Shown here one piece after another: positions 24,164-37,960 of a DNA stretch of 53,482 bases. The notes under the pieces were generated by a model. The model worked only from the letters and a program-made list of their open reading frames with translations. It was not told the origin of the DNA and did no database searches. Position 1 is the stretch's first letter. Each line of letters begins with the position of its first letter. Made by a program: the position numbers and the translations under genes. The DNA is from Girardia tigrina (lineage: Eukaryota), in the NCBI GenBank assembly GCA_001938485.1, contig MQRK01248130.1:1-53482 (forward strand), read 5' to 3'.

Positions 24164-25857
24164 ATTTCGGCAAAAATAATATTTCCTCGAAAATCTTCTC
24201 GAAAGTAGTTTACTTAGGGACATGTATTTAAATGTATAAAAATGTTATTATATCTGCCTATCTCATCATGTCATCATTTTATATTTTAGTTCTTGAAAAG
24301 CCGTGTAGTTCTCTAATTATATTATTTTTTTGCATTATTAATCATTATTATATTATATTACATTATTAATCTTTTTGATATTTATTTCTTTATTTCCTGT
24401 AGCCCTATTATGTCGATATTTAAATGAAAGAAAGTAAATATACAATAAATTTTGTATAATTAATTTTACAATTCTACAGAAAATTTTTATGATTCGCATA
24501 ATTAATAAATATTTATTTAGTAATAAGTCTTTCGATTAAATGCAAAAACAGTTAACAATAATATATAATAAAAATAAAAAAACAGAATGATGCATTTTTT
24601 TATCAAATATTTTTTTCATCTTTTGCAACTCTAAAAAGGAGTACAGCCCTCTCACATACCCTTGAAGGTCCCCTGAGGATTCTGACATCTGCGCAGATAT
24701 TCTACTCAGATAACAATTTCTTTGATTTTCTTTTTTATATAAAAATATATTTTCAATTATTTAGAATTTAAAAAACAGTAAATAATTTCTTATTTTAATT
24801 TTAATATATATATTTTTTATCTTTTATTAAAACAAAAACGTCAGTTAAATTTGTGATTATTGTTTCATTTTACTTTTAAATTAAAAAGACGAATATTTAT
24901 TATTTTTCAATTTTTTTCCTATTTTAATCATTCATTGCTTATTAATATCTTTTGTTTTAATTAATCGATAATGCTTTACAAAAACGAAACTCAAAAACAA
25001 TTTGATTTTAATTAATTAATGATTAATTAATCGCAATTGTTTGTTCTGAAATTTTTTATTTTATTTTCTTAAAAAATATTTAACAGAATTTACAAAAACA
25101 ATTATGTCAAAAAAATCTTTTTTATTTATTTAATTTTTTTAATTATAAAAAGAAAATTAAAATTTTTTAAATTTCTCAATTTGTCTTCAATTAATTTACT
25201 AATTAATTAGGAATTTCTTCTTTATTAATTTTTAGTGTTAATCAATTTTATTGATTTTATTTAACGTTAATTTAATTTTTTTTCTCAATTTTTAATTAAA
25301 TTTAAATGAATTAATGTATTAAATAAATAATCTTGGCATTGAGGAAGATTGCCAAATTGTTTCAAATGAGAATTCTAGTTGGAATGTTTGAGACAGCTCT
25401 TATATACTTACAATAGTAATAATAATAAAAATTTTACTGGTTTTAAATTAAAAAAACATTTTAATGTTTAAAGATTTAATATTTAATATTCTGTCTATAC
25501 TAAGTCTTTCAATAAAAGTATTATGTATATAGTAAAAAAAATTATTTAATAATGTAATGTCTATTTTAATTTACAATTATCATATTTCAGGTAATACTAA
25601 GATTCCAATTTCCCAGAACTCATTATTTTTTTATGAAGAGGAAACATGACCATGCATCTTTAAGTTCTACAGAGTATCGATTTTTTCTTTACCTTCGTTG
25701 GGTTCTGGACCAAGATTATAATTCATTAACACCAAATTTTATTTCTATCCCAATAACAGTTATTTAAACAATTTTTCTCGAGGAACTTTTCTTTTGTTTT
25801 CTTTTTTCTTAACCAGATTTATAATACATAAAAATACTGGATTATAATACTGATAAC

Positions 25858-27756
25858 TAGGGCACGGATTTTATTGACATTTCATTTTTTAAGACGTCTT
25901 CCAAGTGTATTGGTTGTATATGAACACGTTTCACCACATTTTAATACGATTAGGGCAATTTTTATTTGTCATTATTTTACCTTTTTAGGTCATTTTATTT
26001 TTTGTTAGGTTATTTTTACATATTTTCTATTTCTATATTTATTGAATTAAAAAAAGATTTAAAATCTAATATTATCAATTGTTTAAATAATATAAAATTT
26101 GTCAATATTTCAAAAGTCCTTGTAAATTATTTAAATTATTTGATATACCCAAAAAAAGCCAACAACATCACAACAGTTGCGAAATTTAGCAAATGAATTT
26201 GTAACCGATATATTCTCTACTGATGGAAAAATTTTGTTTTGCAAAACTTGTGATACGAAGGTAGCGGCTGAAAAGCGATTTACAGTGGAGCAACATGTTT
26301 CAAGAAAGAAGCATATTATGAGCTTACAACGAATGGATGCTAAAAGCAAACTTTAATGAATTCTTTCACTTCGACAAGTCACAGTCCTTGTAAATGTTCT
26401 ATATATTTGTGTGAAACCTTGTTGTCCGCAAATATTCCATTAGGCAAATTAAATAATCTTAAGTTTCAAAAGTTTTTGGAGGATTATACTGATAAATGTA
26501 CTGATAAACATACTGCGAAAGACATATGTTAAAGTTTGCTATAAAGAAACTATTCTTAGAATACGTGATTTAGTAGGCGACAAAAAAATATGGGTTACAA
26601 TCGATGAAACTATTGATTCGAACGGTCGTTATAAAGAAAATGTAGTAATCGGAACTTTAGAATGTGGAAGGGAAGGTAATATGTTTCTTTTAACAACAGA
26701 AATATTGGAAAAGGTAAACCACTCGACTGTCTGTAAGTTATTTGACGAATCTATGCTTCTTTTATGGTCAAATGACATACCACGGGATAATATTATACTT
26801 TTCTTAACTGACGCTGATCCGTATATGGTGAAGGCTGCAATTGGATTAGAGTACTTTTATACAAAAATGATTCACGTTACTTGCATTGCTCATGGTTTAC
26901 ATCGAACTGCGTAGGAAATCCGAAAATATTATCAAAAAGTCGATCTGCTTATAAGCAGTGTCAAAAAGGTTTTTTTAACAACACCATCTCGGGTAGAATT
27001 GTTTCGCAATCTTGCCTAAATTTATCTCTTCCTCCTCAACCAATAATAACAAGATGAAGAACATGGTTATGCGCTGCAACTTATTATTCAGAAAATTTTA
27101 AAATACTGAAAAACGTCATTGAAAAACTAGATGCTGAAGAATCAGACTGCGTGAGGATTGCGCAGGAATGCTTTAGGGATATTAATATTGAAGATGATCT
27201 TGCCTATATTAAAGCGAACTTTCAAATTATCTCAACGATTATAACAAAATTAGAAAAAAGAGGATAAAGTTTAAATAGTTAATTAAATATTAATTGTATT
27301 GACAGAGTTCATGATGTACTCAAGTTGTCACAAGGATTCATTGGAAATGCATTTTATTAAAAGTTTATAAAAGTATTCGAGAAAAATTCAGGATTTGCTA
27401 CAATTATAAAGATCGATGTTGTTTTAATTGGAAAATCTTCAAATTGGAAGTTACTATATGGGGTAATTTTGTTGAGTGATGCATGCTTTTTTAAATATGC
27501 ACCGGTTACATCCGTGGACCTTGAAAGATCATTTTCAATGTTCAAAAATCTTTTTGCTGATAATCACTGATCATTTACTTAGGAAAATCTCTAGATAACT
27601 TTTGTTACACATTTTAATAATGTGGAATAATGAATGAATAAAAAAGCTTCTTAAGTTTTTGTTTAAACTTTTGTAGGTCATATTTTTTTGCATTTTTAAT
27701 GTCATTTTTATCAATTTTTAAAGTCATTTTTTATGGTTATTAAATTCCGTGCCCTA
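25858..27756 (+). mobile_element. hAT-superfamily transposon (CGGBP1/DUF659-like transposase), decayed
   Basis: TIR tagggcacgga; 8-bp TSD ctgataac/ctgataag; FSTDGKILFCKTC, IWVTIDETIDSNGR, FLTDADPYMVKAA, HVTCIAHGLHR, APVTSVDLERSFS. Confidence 0.92.
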
Positions 27757-28054
27757 CTGATAAGTTATTTATTAAAACGATAATTAAAATTGAATTTATT
27801 TTTTGATTACGTTAATTTATATATTAATATTTTATAATAATCTTTAAAATACATTATAAAAATCTAAATAATAACTGTTTTATGTTAAATCAGGTTTAAA
27901 CATATTTAATTAAATATTATTTATCTAAAATCCTTTAACTTAAATATAATTTTAGATCTTTTAAACTATTTGAATGGTACATCTACTGTTAAAATTAAAT
28001 TTCTTAATATTTTTATTCTTCGTAATTGATTAAAACATTCAAGCATAATTATTT

Positions 28055-28410
28055 TTAGTACAACTTTAATTTGTAAATAAAACATTATGATTTTTATTTT
28101 ACAACGCAGTTTTCTAAAAAAAACGTTTAATTATAACTATTCTTTTAATACAAAATTGATACAATTTCAATTTTAAATAAACATTATGATTTTTTTTATT
28201 TTACAACCTATTTTTTAAAAAAAAATTTAATTATAATTATATTTTTTAATACATATTTGATACAATTTTAATTTAAAAAAAACATGATTTTTATTTAACA
28301 ACTCAATTTTTTAAAACAAATATTTGATTATAGTTATTTTTGAATACAAATTTTGAGTTACAATTAATTGTTATAAACAAAGATTTTTATTTTACAACCT
28401 AATTTTATTT
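28055..28410. repeat. Degenerate AT-rich minisatellite with a ~100-bp unit (~3.5 copies)
   Basis: aaacattatgatttttattttacaac recurs near 28079, 28179, 28279 and 28375. Confidence 0.75.
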
Positions 28411-29802
28411 ACAATGTTTGTTACTCCGAATTATTTATTGCCAAAAAGTCTTGTCTAATAAATTAAAATTTAATTACAATTTTTCTTATTAATCGAAATA
28501 TTTATTTTTTAAAAATTTATATAAATAAAACATTTGAACTTATTTAATTATAAATATGATATTATAAATTAATTATTCTAAAATTTAAGTCACAAAAACC
28601 CACTAACATCCTTTAAATGAGTTTTTCAAGGATCTAAACAAGTGGAACTCTAACTGTGCAATATAAAGTAAATGTGGAGAATTGAGCAAAGCATTCTAAA
28701 TTAACTCCCTTACATTCGATAAAGTCTTCAGAGACATACAATTTTGATTTTCCAAAATGAAAAATCCATTCTTTTCTGATTGTTAAGAGCACAGACGCAA
28801 TCACTATCAAAACATATATTAATAACCCTGTTAAGAGAACTCACACATTTGACAGAACATTTATTACATTCACATTTCTTATCATCTTTATGATGATCAA
28901 TAGTATTGCTTTCACTTAAATCCATCACTCAATGTCTAATACTCCTCATTCCAATCTGAACTAACTTGAAGAAAATTATTTTATTTAAATATTATTAGCT
29001 AAAATAAAATTACTTTTTATAATAATTTTAAACATTAATTTGATTTTAATTATTTAAAAATTTACAAAAATAAAATCAATAAAATTATTTAAAAATTACA
29101 ATAATAAAAATTAAAAATTTGAATATTAAATCTAAATTTAAATAAATTAGTTTCAGATTATAACAATTCAAATATTGATAATCCATCTGATTAGGAGAGG
29201 CGCAATCCCAAATCAATACACAACATTATAACATGCAAACACTACAAAAAACATCAACACACCAAATATTCTCCCATTTAGATTCATCACAACTCGGAAG
29301 TTCTTTCACCATTTATCATCATTCTAATTAGTTTTGTTTTTTTAATTTTTATTAATGATTATTCGAACAAATTTCATTATTATTCAATGACATTTATTAT
29401 TATTTTAATTTTAAAATATTTCATAAAATTATAAAAAATACTTAAACTAATTTTAAAGAAAATTTGAACATTTAAAATATCTTTAATTAAAATATTAAAC
29501 GTTTATTTTATTTTTGAAAAATATTACTTATGTTAGAAACTACCCTATATTATTACTTTCTAAATTTAAATTTTATCAGATTATGAAATTTTCATTAGTT
29601 TTAAAAATTTAAATTCTGTTCAAATGATCAATTATTGCAACTACAATAAAGCACCAATTTTCTTACGAGCTGAGAGAATCACAATTCCGATTTCAGCACA
29701 CTCAAATAAACACACAACATCCATACACAATTTAGATATACATCATACTGATAACTACTGCTGACTTCTTTCATAATACTTACTTTCAAATAAGAAAAAA
29801 TG

Positions 29803-30325
29803 ATAACTCCCTTCTGCCTATATGAGTACAACTTCATGCCATTTGGTTTGAAAAACTCCACTCAAACGTTTATACAGACAATTGATGCCATCCCCAGGGG
29901 CTGAGAATCATATGCATTAGCACATCTAGATGATATCATTATATTTTTTAGAGACGCAGATACGCATCATAAACATGTAACCGAGATTATAAAACGACTC
30001 CAAACTGCGAAAATGAAGATCAACGCCAATAAATGTCACTGGAACAAACAGAACATCGATTTCTTAGGATTTAACATTGATAACTCTGGTATTCGACCAA
30101 TATCCAAGAACAAGTCAACTATTGAGACGATGGCTCCTCCTACCTCGATCAAATACTTAAGATGATTCGTCGGTGCTATAACTTTCTATCACTGGTTAAT
30201 TCCCAACCTGGCAGAAACGCTCGCCCCTCTCCACGAGCTGATAGCACAGAGCAACAAAAGAAATATAAAATTTCAGTGTGAAGAAAAGCACTATCAAGCA
30301 TTCCAAGAGGCAAAATTCAGTGTAA
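29803..30325 (+). mobile_element. Ty3/gypsy reverse transcriptase fragment
   Basis: ITPFCLYEYNFMPFGLKNSTQTF, AHLDDIIIF, KINANKC, IDFLGF, LIPNLAETLAPLHEL; stops and a frameshift. Confidence 0.93.
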
Positions 30326-32686
30326 CTGAAAGCAATACTTCTCAGAATCAATAGTTTTGTTGGGTGTAAACTCTGATTTTAGCACTTGATTGTAATATTT
30401 TCAATATTTCAGAAGTATTCCATGTTAGTTAATATGACTATCTTTGCTTAGCATTGATCTTATTAGACTGACATATGTTTCGTCATATGTTTGAGTGAAA
30501 TCTCCGTCATGAAACATTTTGAATCACGCTTTATAAGCATCCTCCGACTGTTACGGATAACTATGTATTACAAATAATACTCAGCATTGATGCAGAGGGT
30601 AGTGAATCATAGACTTTGTATCGGGTAGAAACCATTTGACAAATACAAAGTTTTCTGATCCTCTCACAAGGCTTCAGATGCAAGAGCTTTTAATGCACTG
30701 GTACGCTTCGGCTCCCCTCTGAGAAATGACCAGTAATGTTCCTTCGTTTCGTGCATCTGGTGAGTTTTGACTGTATAAACGCACTTAGTGCGACGAGGAA
30801 ATGGGCAATGAAACATTCTCGTATCCGTTATATTATCCAGTCGAAAATTCAGCACCACACTTGGACAGTCCTCATCAGTTACACCGACAGACACTGGCAT
30901 ATCATGTTCCCCGTTCTAGTTCATAGGTCAAGTGCATCTTTCTGTTTATTCTCTTTGTATTACTTGGATGTTCGTAGTACCATTACCTTGGATTCGATGA
31001 TCAATTAATAAATGTCATTGTAGCCATCTATATTTTATAAATAAGAATATTAGTCAGACACTTGAAAACCCAGCTCACTTCTAAACAAATTAATAATATA
31101 TTTCACTATCATACTAAATCACATGTTGAAATATCAAATTTCAGAATATATGTATTTTTAAGTCACAAAACACCTGCAGTACAGCGATGTCTCCTGCATC
31201 TGGTGCGAAAATCCGACATTGCCTTTTGACCAACACGATACTTATCGCTAAATTTTAAGGTTAAGGCTTAAAGTACTGTTAAAATAATGTTTTATAAACT
31301 CTTGTACAAAGAAATTAAGTTTTCTTTCTATCAAACATATTTCTTCTTTACCTCAATGTAGGTATATCGTAGATTGAACGCAAAAAAAATAAATATTTAC
31401 TTATGATCATTAATCTTTCTTACTAATAAAGTGAATAATTAAAAAAATATTTTTCTTAAAAATTGCTCTCAATATATACAAAAAATATTTTAATAATATT
31501 TAATATTTTTAATAAGAAGAACGAATAATTAATCGATAAAATAAAAGTAATTATCAGAATTCGAAGATTATAACCAAATAAAATGAAAAGTTATATTTAA
31601 ATTATATATTTTTTCAAAATTCTGAAAAAAATATAATTTAATTTTCATCAAAATATAAATATTAATTAAAATTGGTAGAAATGGATTAATCCAATTAAAA
31701 CGAACATAAATCTATTCAGATAAATTTTATTTAAAACGTAACTGTTTTTCAATTAAAAAAAATTATTTGAATTATTGAATTAGTTAATAGTTAATAATAA
31801 AATTACAAAAAATTCATTAAAATAATAATTTAATTATTTTATTGTCAAAATTTGATTTGATTATTTAAATAAAATATAATATTAAAAATATTTTAAAATA
31901 AAAATTAATACAAAAATATTTTTCTACTAAATATTTTTCTCACACAAATTGATTATTAATAAAAAAGAATTATTTGTTTTGAGAGGAATTTATCAATTAG
32001 TTATTTTTTTATAATAAAAGTACATTTGAATTTTTATTAGATTTATTTTTAAGTATTGAATAAATCATCAAAATAGATTTCAAAAATTATTTATATTATT
32101 TATATATTTCAAAAAATTATGTAATAAATCTTATTTAAAAATTCGACTTTTTTATATAAATAATTATTTTTGTTAGTTTTCCTAAAATATTTCAATAATA
32201 TCTAATTTTAACTAAATTAAAAATCAGTCAATAAAATAGGATTTTTCAGATTTCGTATTAAAAATTATTTGTAAACTATCAGAAGTGTTATCATTGGAAT
32301 TTTGTGCAGATGAGTGACCAAATAATATGAGAAAAGGAATGTGAACTATTATCACGAAGGAATGTAGCGTTTGAGATGTAGGAGAAGGAGAATACTATAG
32401 AAGTAAATGAGGTGTTAGTTTTTAAATTGAAATAATTTCAAATTTCTTAGCATTTCCTCCATATCTGTAACTTACAGAACAATAAAATGGGAATTTAAAA
32501 TTTTTTAACATTCATTTACTGTAGTCAAAAATCATATAAATATTTAGCACTTACACTTTGAAAAGAAAATAATTAATATTTACTAAAATAATTGAAAAAT
32601 ATAGATAAAAAAAATTCTGACACTTGTAGAACTTTTTACTTTGTTTTGGATATAATCACGTGGAGTGTGAGAGTATTCGTCTAAGA

Positions 32687-33802
32687 CAGCGGTTCCCAAA
32701 CTGGGGTACTCAAAAAAAAAGTATTATGGCGGAAAATGCAATTCAAATCTAGCCTAAAAACTCAATAGAATCTTTAAACACATTGCAAATGGTTATTTTC
32801 TTATATTAAATTTTAATAATGAAAATTTTTAATAATAATCATTTAATTATTTTCATTAATATATCTTACATCTATATTTATATCTTTAAATTAATTCATT
32901 TTCATCAAATTAAAAATTAATTATAAATTGTTTGTTTAAATAATATTTAATTAATATGTTGAAAATTTAAATGATGGGGCCTATATGGGAAAAATTATTT
33001 ATTTAGTATTTTTATAACTATTTGTAGATATGGATTATTGATTGAAACAAGGAGAAACATGTAAGCACCTAATCGACAGATACATGGCAGAAAATACAGA
33101 CACAGAAAAAAAGAATATACTGTTCTGAATACATCAAATATGAATTCGTGTTTGTCGAAGACAAAAACGGTCCTAAACCGCAATGTATTGTGTGTAGTGA
33201 TATATTATCCAACAGCTGTATGAATCCCTCTTTGGATAGATATTAACACAGAATTTGAAGTTCTTTCTGATAAAGCTCTTAAATTTTTGTTACGGTTTAA
33301 AAGTACAAAGCTTGTAGAATGAACATTTTCTTTCTATATATTTATTAAAAATAAATATCCTAATAAGTTGAATGCTAGTCCAGTTTTAAGGTTGTATCTT
33401 ATATCTTTTGATCCTGACATTAAAAAAACTGTGCATAAAAACAAGGTCAAGGATCACATTAAAATAAGTTTGAAATAAAACATGCTTTCTAGGATTAACA
33501 ATTTTTATAATTTTTTCTCGCATATAACATTATTTAACATCATACAGTATATGTATTATAAAATATGTTTGCATGTTTATATTTCTTCAGCTGTATTTTT
33601 CGAAATTAAATATATTTGTATATCTGAAGTTACTAAANNNNNNNNNNNNNNNNNNNNNNNNNNNNNNNNNNNNNNNNNNNNNNNNNNNNNNNNNNNNNNN
33701 NNNNNNNNNNNNNNNNNNNNNNNNNNNNNNNNNNNNNNNNNNNNNNNNNNNNNNNNNNNNNNNNNNNNNNNNNNNNNNNNNNNNNNNNNNNNNNNNNNNN
33801 NN

Positions 33803-33833
<31 letters not shown>

Positions 33834-33910
33834 TGTGTGTGTTCGGGGTACCCACTAAGTAAACAATCAGGTAAAGGGGTACTCTAATGGAAAAAGTTTG
33901 GGAATCGATG
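32687..33910 (+). mobile_element. Internally deleted hAT Buster/Charlie-type element
   Basis: Perfect 8-bp TSD gtctaaga; TIR cagcggttcccaaact; remnants PKPQCIVCSDILSNSCMNPS and KALKFLLRFKSTKLVE*TFS..IKNKY. Confidence 0.92.
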
Positions 33911-34899
33911 GTCTAAGAGATCGATTATTAATTTGTATTCAATTGTTATTATTATGACGTAGAAATGATCAAAGTTGATATAATTGCAATTGATTTTAAA
34001 ATTAAAGTAAAAAAATTAATGTATGTATAAAGGTTACATGTAACACTTTAATATTTATCCTTTATTAGATAAATCTTAATCACCAGTCTGTGATTTTAAT
34101 TTAATCATGAATTTCAAAAATTCATTAGTTTATTCATTTGGTGTCACATTGATGACATTGATAATGAAAGTTGTTGTGACGAACGTCTTAAGGACTCCTT
34201 AAAACAGTTCACAAAAATATCAAAGCCAAAAATATTTTCTTTTCTTTAAGCCGTGGAAGTCTTAGGATGTCCAGGTTTATTAGCTTAGCACACTGAACCC
34301 ATAGTTTCAAACCAATAATCTTTAAGATTTAGATATTGAAAATTTGAAATAATACTAAAAACTTATTTCATACCACTAACTCGTGCTTTAAAGCTGACCA
34401 TGAATAATGTCCAAAAATTAGAAAACATAGCGAAGAAAGTATATACCAAAGCAATATTGGAAGTTAAGAAGTGCTGAGCATGAGAGCACAGCTTACTTCT
34501 CTCTCTTTACACAAGATAATTTATTGTATAGGCGAAAAATATGAAACTATGGGTTCAATTAAATTAAAATCATAGACTGGTACATGGTCTTTAAGAGGAC
34601 CATCCCATTCTTCAGCTCGATACTGCAAATCAATTCACACCTATTGAGAATCCGGACAAACTAGATAAAAAATCTTGTCTAATTAAACTTCTTTTAAATG
34701 GTCGGATATATGATCAGATATAACGTATATACATGAATGATGAAAATTCATATATGATTGTGGTTTCTAAACTATTGCCTATTGAAGGTGTTACCAGACC
34801 AGTATAAGTTTATGAGATCATAATTTAAAAATACTTCAAGATGTGGTAGTATTACAATACAAAATAAAAACTAACTTGGACAAACTATATTTTCAGCAA

Positions 34900-35036
34900 A
34901 GTAAACCACGGAAGAATTTCAAGTGGTGTTGGAACGTTGGATTGAACAGAAACATCGCAGTTTCTTCACCAAAGGAATTAGAAAACTCCCAGAACGGCGG
35001 GAGAAGTGCGTGGCTCACAATGAAAAATAATTTGAA
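34900..35036 (+). mobile_element. mariner transposase C-terminal fragment
   Basis: LERWIEQKHRSFFTKGIRKLPERREKCVAHNEK*FE, followed by (TA)n. Confidence 0.75.
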
Positions 35037-35076
35037 CACATTAGAGATGATGATGAAAATAACAATAAATGCTTAT

Positions 35077-35111
<35 letters not shown>

Positions 35112-35319
35112 AATCTAGTTATCAATACAAAATCTCAATTCATCTTTTTATCATTGCCTGAAAAATATGTCTAAGTAAATAAGCCAATCAGATTAATTTA
35201 AAATAAAGAAAGACTGGCCAGAAATGTCACAGAACTATATAGAAATCCAGTTATGAACATAAATATTATTGAAAAATATTTTCTATCCTGATATACATAA
35301 ATTTACACACAGGCACATA

Positions 35320-36854
35320 CAGTCGTAGCCATAATTCACCAGCCACCCCTAAAAATACTGAGATTTTTGACTAACTGATATTGTAACGAAGTATTAAGGA
35401 TATATTCAGTACATACAAATTATAAGAAGAATACAGGCATGGATACACAGTTCAAACACTCTTCCACTAGCACTTTATATGGCCACCTTTTGCATTAACC
35501 CTTTCTCTCGCAGTGTTCTTTTACAACAACATTAAGTTAATTAGCTGAGAAATTTTAAGCAACAGAAATTCCGCTATTTATTTTAGTGTTGTGCTACAAC
35601 AACATTGCGAATATTCATATTGATTTAGGGAAACTTGAATGAATTAATTTTATGTTTTCACGCTTGGAGTGTAATTAAAAATAACATGTAAACTTAATGT
35701 TGTTGTAAAACAACATTCCAAGAGAAATGGTTAATCACTCCTGCCAATCGGCGTGGCATTGACGCGATAAGATTACCAGTGAGTTCGGAGCTCATCTCCT
35801 GTACCCAAACACGTTTAATCACGTCAAGTAGGTCATCATATGATGTGGGGGCATGTTCAGCAACCTTTTATTTCACTATTCTCCAACAATTTTCAATCGG
35901 CGATAAATCAAGAATGTTGATCTCGTTTGCTTCCAACCAGGCTTTGTTTAGTCACGATTGATGAAATGGAGCCTCGTCATGTTGGAAATAATTGCACTGA
36001 CGCATTTGAAGGAAGCCTTGGACCTTATCGCGAAGAATGCCGCTGTACACAGGCGAAGTGATAGAAGTTCCCTTGGGACAGAACCAAAGACCACAGCGAC
36101 CTCTGGCAGTAATTGCGGCCCAAATCATAACTTTCGGTGCACTCCACACAGTAGGAACAGTGTATTGTGGCCTAAAGCAGCCAGTGCACCGTGTGGATCC
36201 ATGTGTCTTGCTGACAGATTGTGGTTTCATCACTGAACATCACCGAATTCCATTTATCCACTAACCAATATTGGTAGGCTTTTGCAAACGCGAGCCTATC
36301 ACGAATATTCTTCGACAATAAACGGGGTTTCTTGGCAGGCTGTACTATCGAAAGCCTCCTTCAACCAGACGTCGACGAATGGTTCATGTGCTAGGCAATT
36401 TATCAATGTTAGTAGGAAGATCAACTTGTATTGGTCTTGTAGGATCTAAAAATGACTCGATCATTCACCTTGCTTGTGATACGCGGTCTTACACTGCATT
36501 TCGTATAGGCAAAGGCACCGGTGGCTTGATGTAGACGGAGAGTGTCGGCTACTGCAGTGCGGCAAATATTGAATCGCAGGGCAATTGCACGGTTCAAGAC
36601 TCCAGTGTTGTGTAAAGCGACGATTTTTGCCCTCAGAGTGGGTAAAAGTTGGTTGCCAGTCATGATGGAATAGTCATAAATACTTGACACAAATACTTTT
36701 ATATATCATAATAACATAGTGGGTATGCTATTAAAGCTGTATTCTTATTGGATGTTGGTTAAGAACATTATTTACATGCACTTACACACACACGCACGTA
36801 AATATTAATTTTCTTTACAATGCAAGGGTGGCCCGTGAATTATGGTCATGACTG
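35320..36854 (-). mobile_element. Tc1 transposon with a decayed transposase (36663 to ~35467)
   Basis: TIRs cagtc(g/a)t.(g/a)ccataattcac with TA TSD; VMFSDET, VMIWAAI, FQHDEAPFH, DLSPIENCW, SMPRRLAGVI. Confidence 0.92.
35499..35730. mobile_element. piggyBac-type MITE nested in the Tc1 transposase
   Basis: TTAA TSD at 35495-35498 and 35731-35734; ~40-bp imperfect TIRs starting CC; removing it restores GVINAKGG. Confidence 0.88.
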
Positions 36855-37149
36855 TACATACATATACCATAAACACACCTTGTTTTTTGACCACTTAAGT
36901 ATATAAAATTCATCAAAGTAAATAAAATATTTTGAATTATAAATTTCAAAATGAACCATTTTTATCAGGATGTCATAAGTTCATCGAGGGAGGACACCGA
37001 CGCGGCATTTAAAGAAAAGGGAAAAAGTATTAAAGGAATTAGGGAACATCACAGAGTGCACAGAAATTCGTAAATTGATGATTAGAATAAATCACGTATA
37101 TTTAACGCATTTAATAAAGTTTAGAATTTTCTGTGATCTTCCCGACAAA

Positions 37150-37960
37150 TGGACATCACTGAATGAGCAGCGCAAGGCATAAGTTTTAATACAAAACATA
37201 TGGATCAGTGAGTACAATACAGCATGGAGTCCATCGAAAAACGATAATTATTTCCGAAAATGGTGGAAAACATTTGCAGTTTTGGGTTGTAACCCTTTCT
37301 GTTACATCAGAAAAATTAAGGATTATCTCTCCCAACAATAAAAAAATGCTCAAAAGATACAATATCCAGATTTTTGGATGTTCAGACCATCGCAATAAAG
37401 AAATTAAGAGAATTTCCACTAGACTGAAACTCTAATAGGGTAAAAGAAGTCCGATACTACTATGCCTACAAATTTCTCGCAGAGGTCTGCTGAATGAAGG
37501 ACCTTATTTATTAATTCGGTTTGATTCAACCTCTAGAAGAGACGGATAAACCGAAGATCCACAAGAAGGCAGCCTGTCAATATAATGGTGACCACCAGCC
37601 GTGGAAGAAATATTACTTTCATATTGGCAGTTTCCAGAAGAAGCCCCATCCATTCCAACCACCAGATATATAAATAATCTGTGAAGGAGCTGTCGGCAAA
37701 GTTAAATGGAAATAATTTCCTATTAATCCATGACAATGCTTCCATTCGCAGCGAAACAATCTCAGTATATAAGGTTGTGAATCTTCCCAGTATTCACCAT
37801 TCCTAAACCCTTTCAAATCCTACTTTGCGAAAATCAAATGTCAGAAATTTTATTTCAACTACCACCACACAAGCTAAACGAACAGCTGCCTTTGAAAGAG
37901 TCATTAGTAGCATAATTGAAAGGGGTGAAGAGTTGACCTTTCAAATTACTTCCGACACTG
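37150..37960 (+). mobile_element. Highly degenerate IS630/Tc1-like transposase
   Basis: LFINSV*FNL*KRR...TSRGRNITFILAVS, LIHDNASIR, LP-YSPFLNP...FAKIK; boundaries approximate. Confidence 0.7.

Noticed and set aside
25600-25680. FPRTHYFFM resembling tubulin PFPRLHFFM
   Set aside because: The similarity does not extend on either side.
13199-27060. Genome-wide UGA reassignment
   Set aside because: In-frame TGA replaces Cys, Trp and Arg in different decayed elements alongside TAA/TAG stops and frameshifts, which fits ordinary decay.
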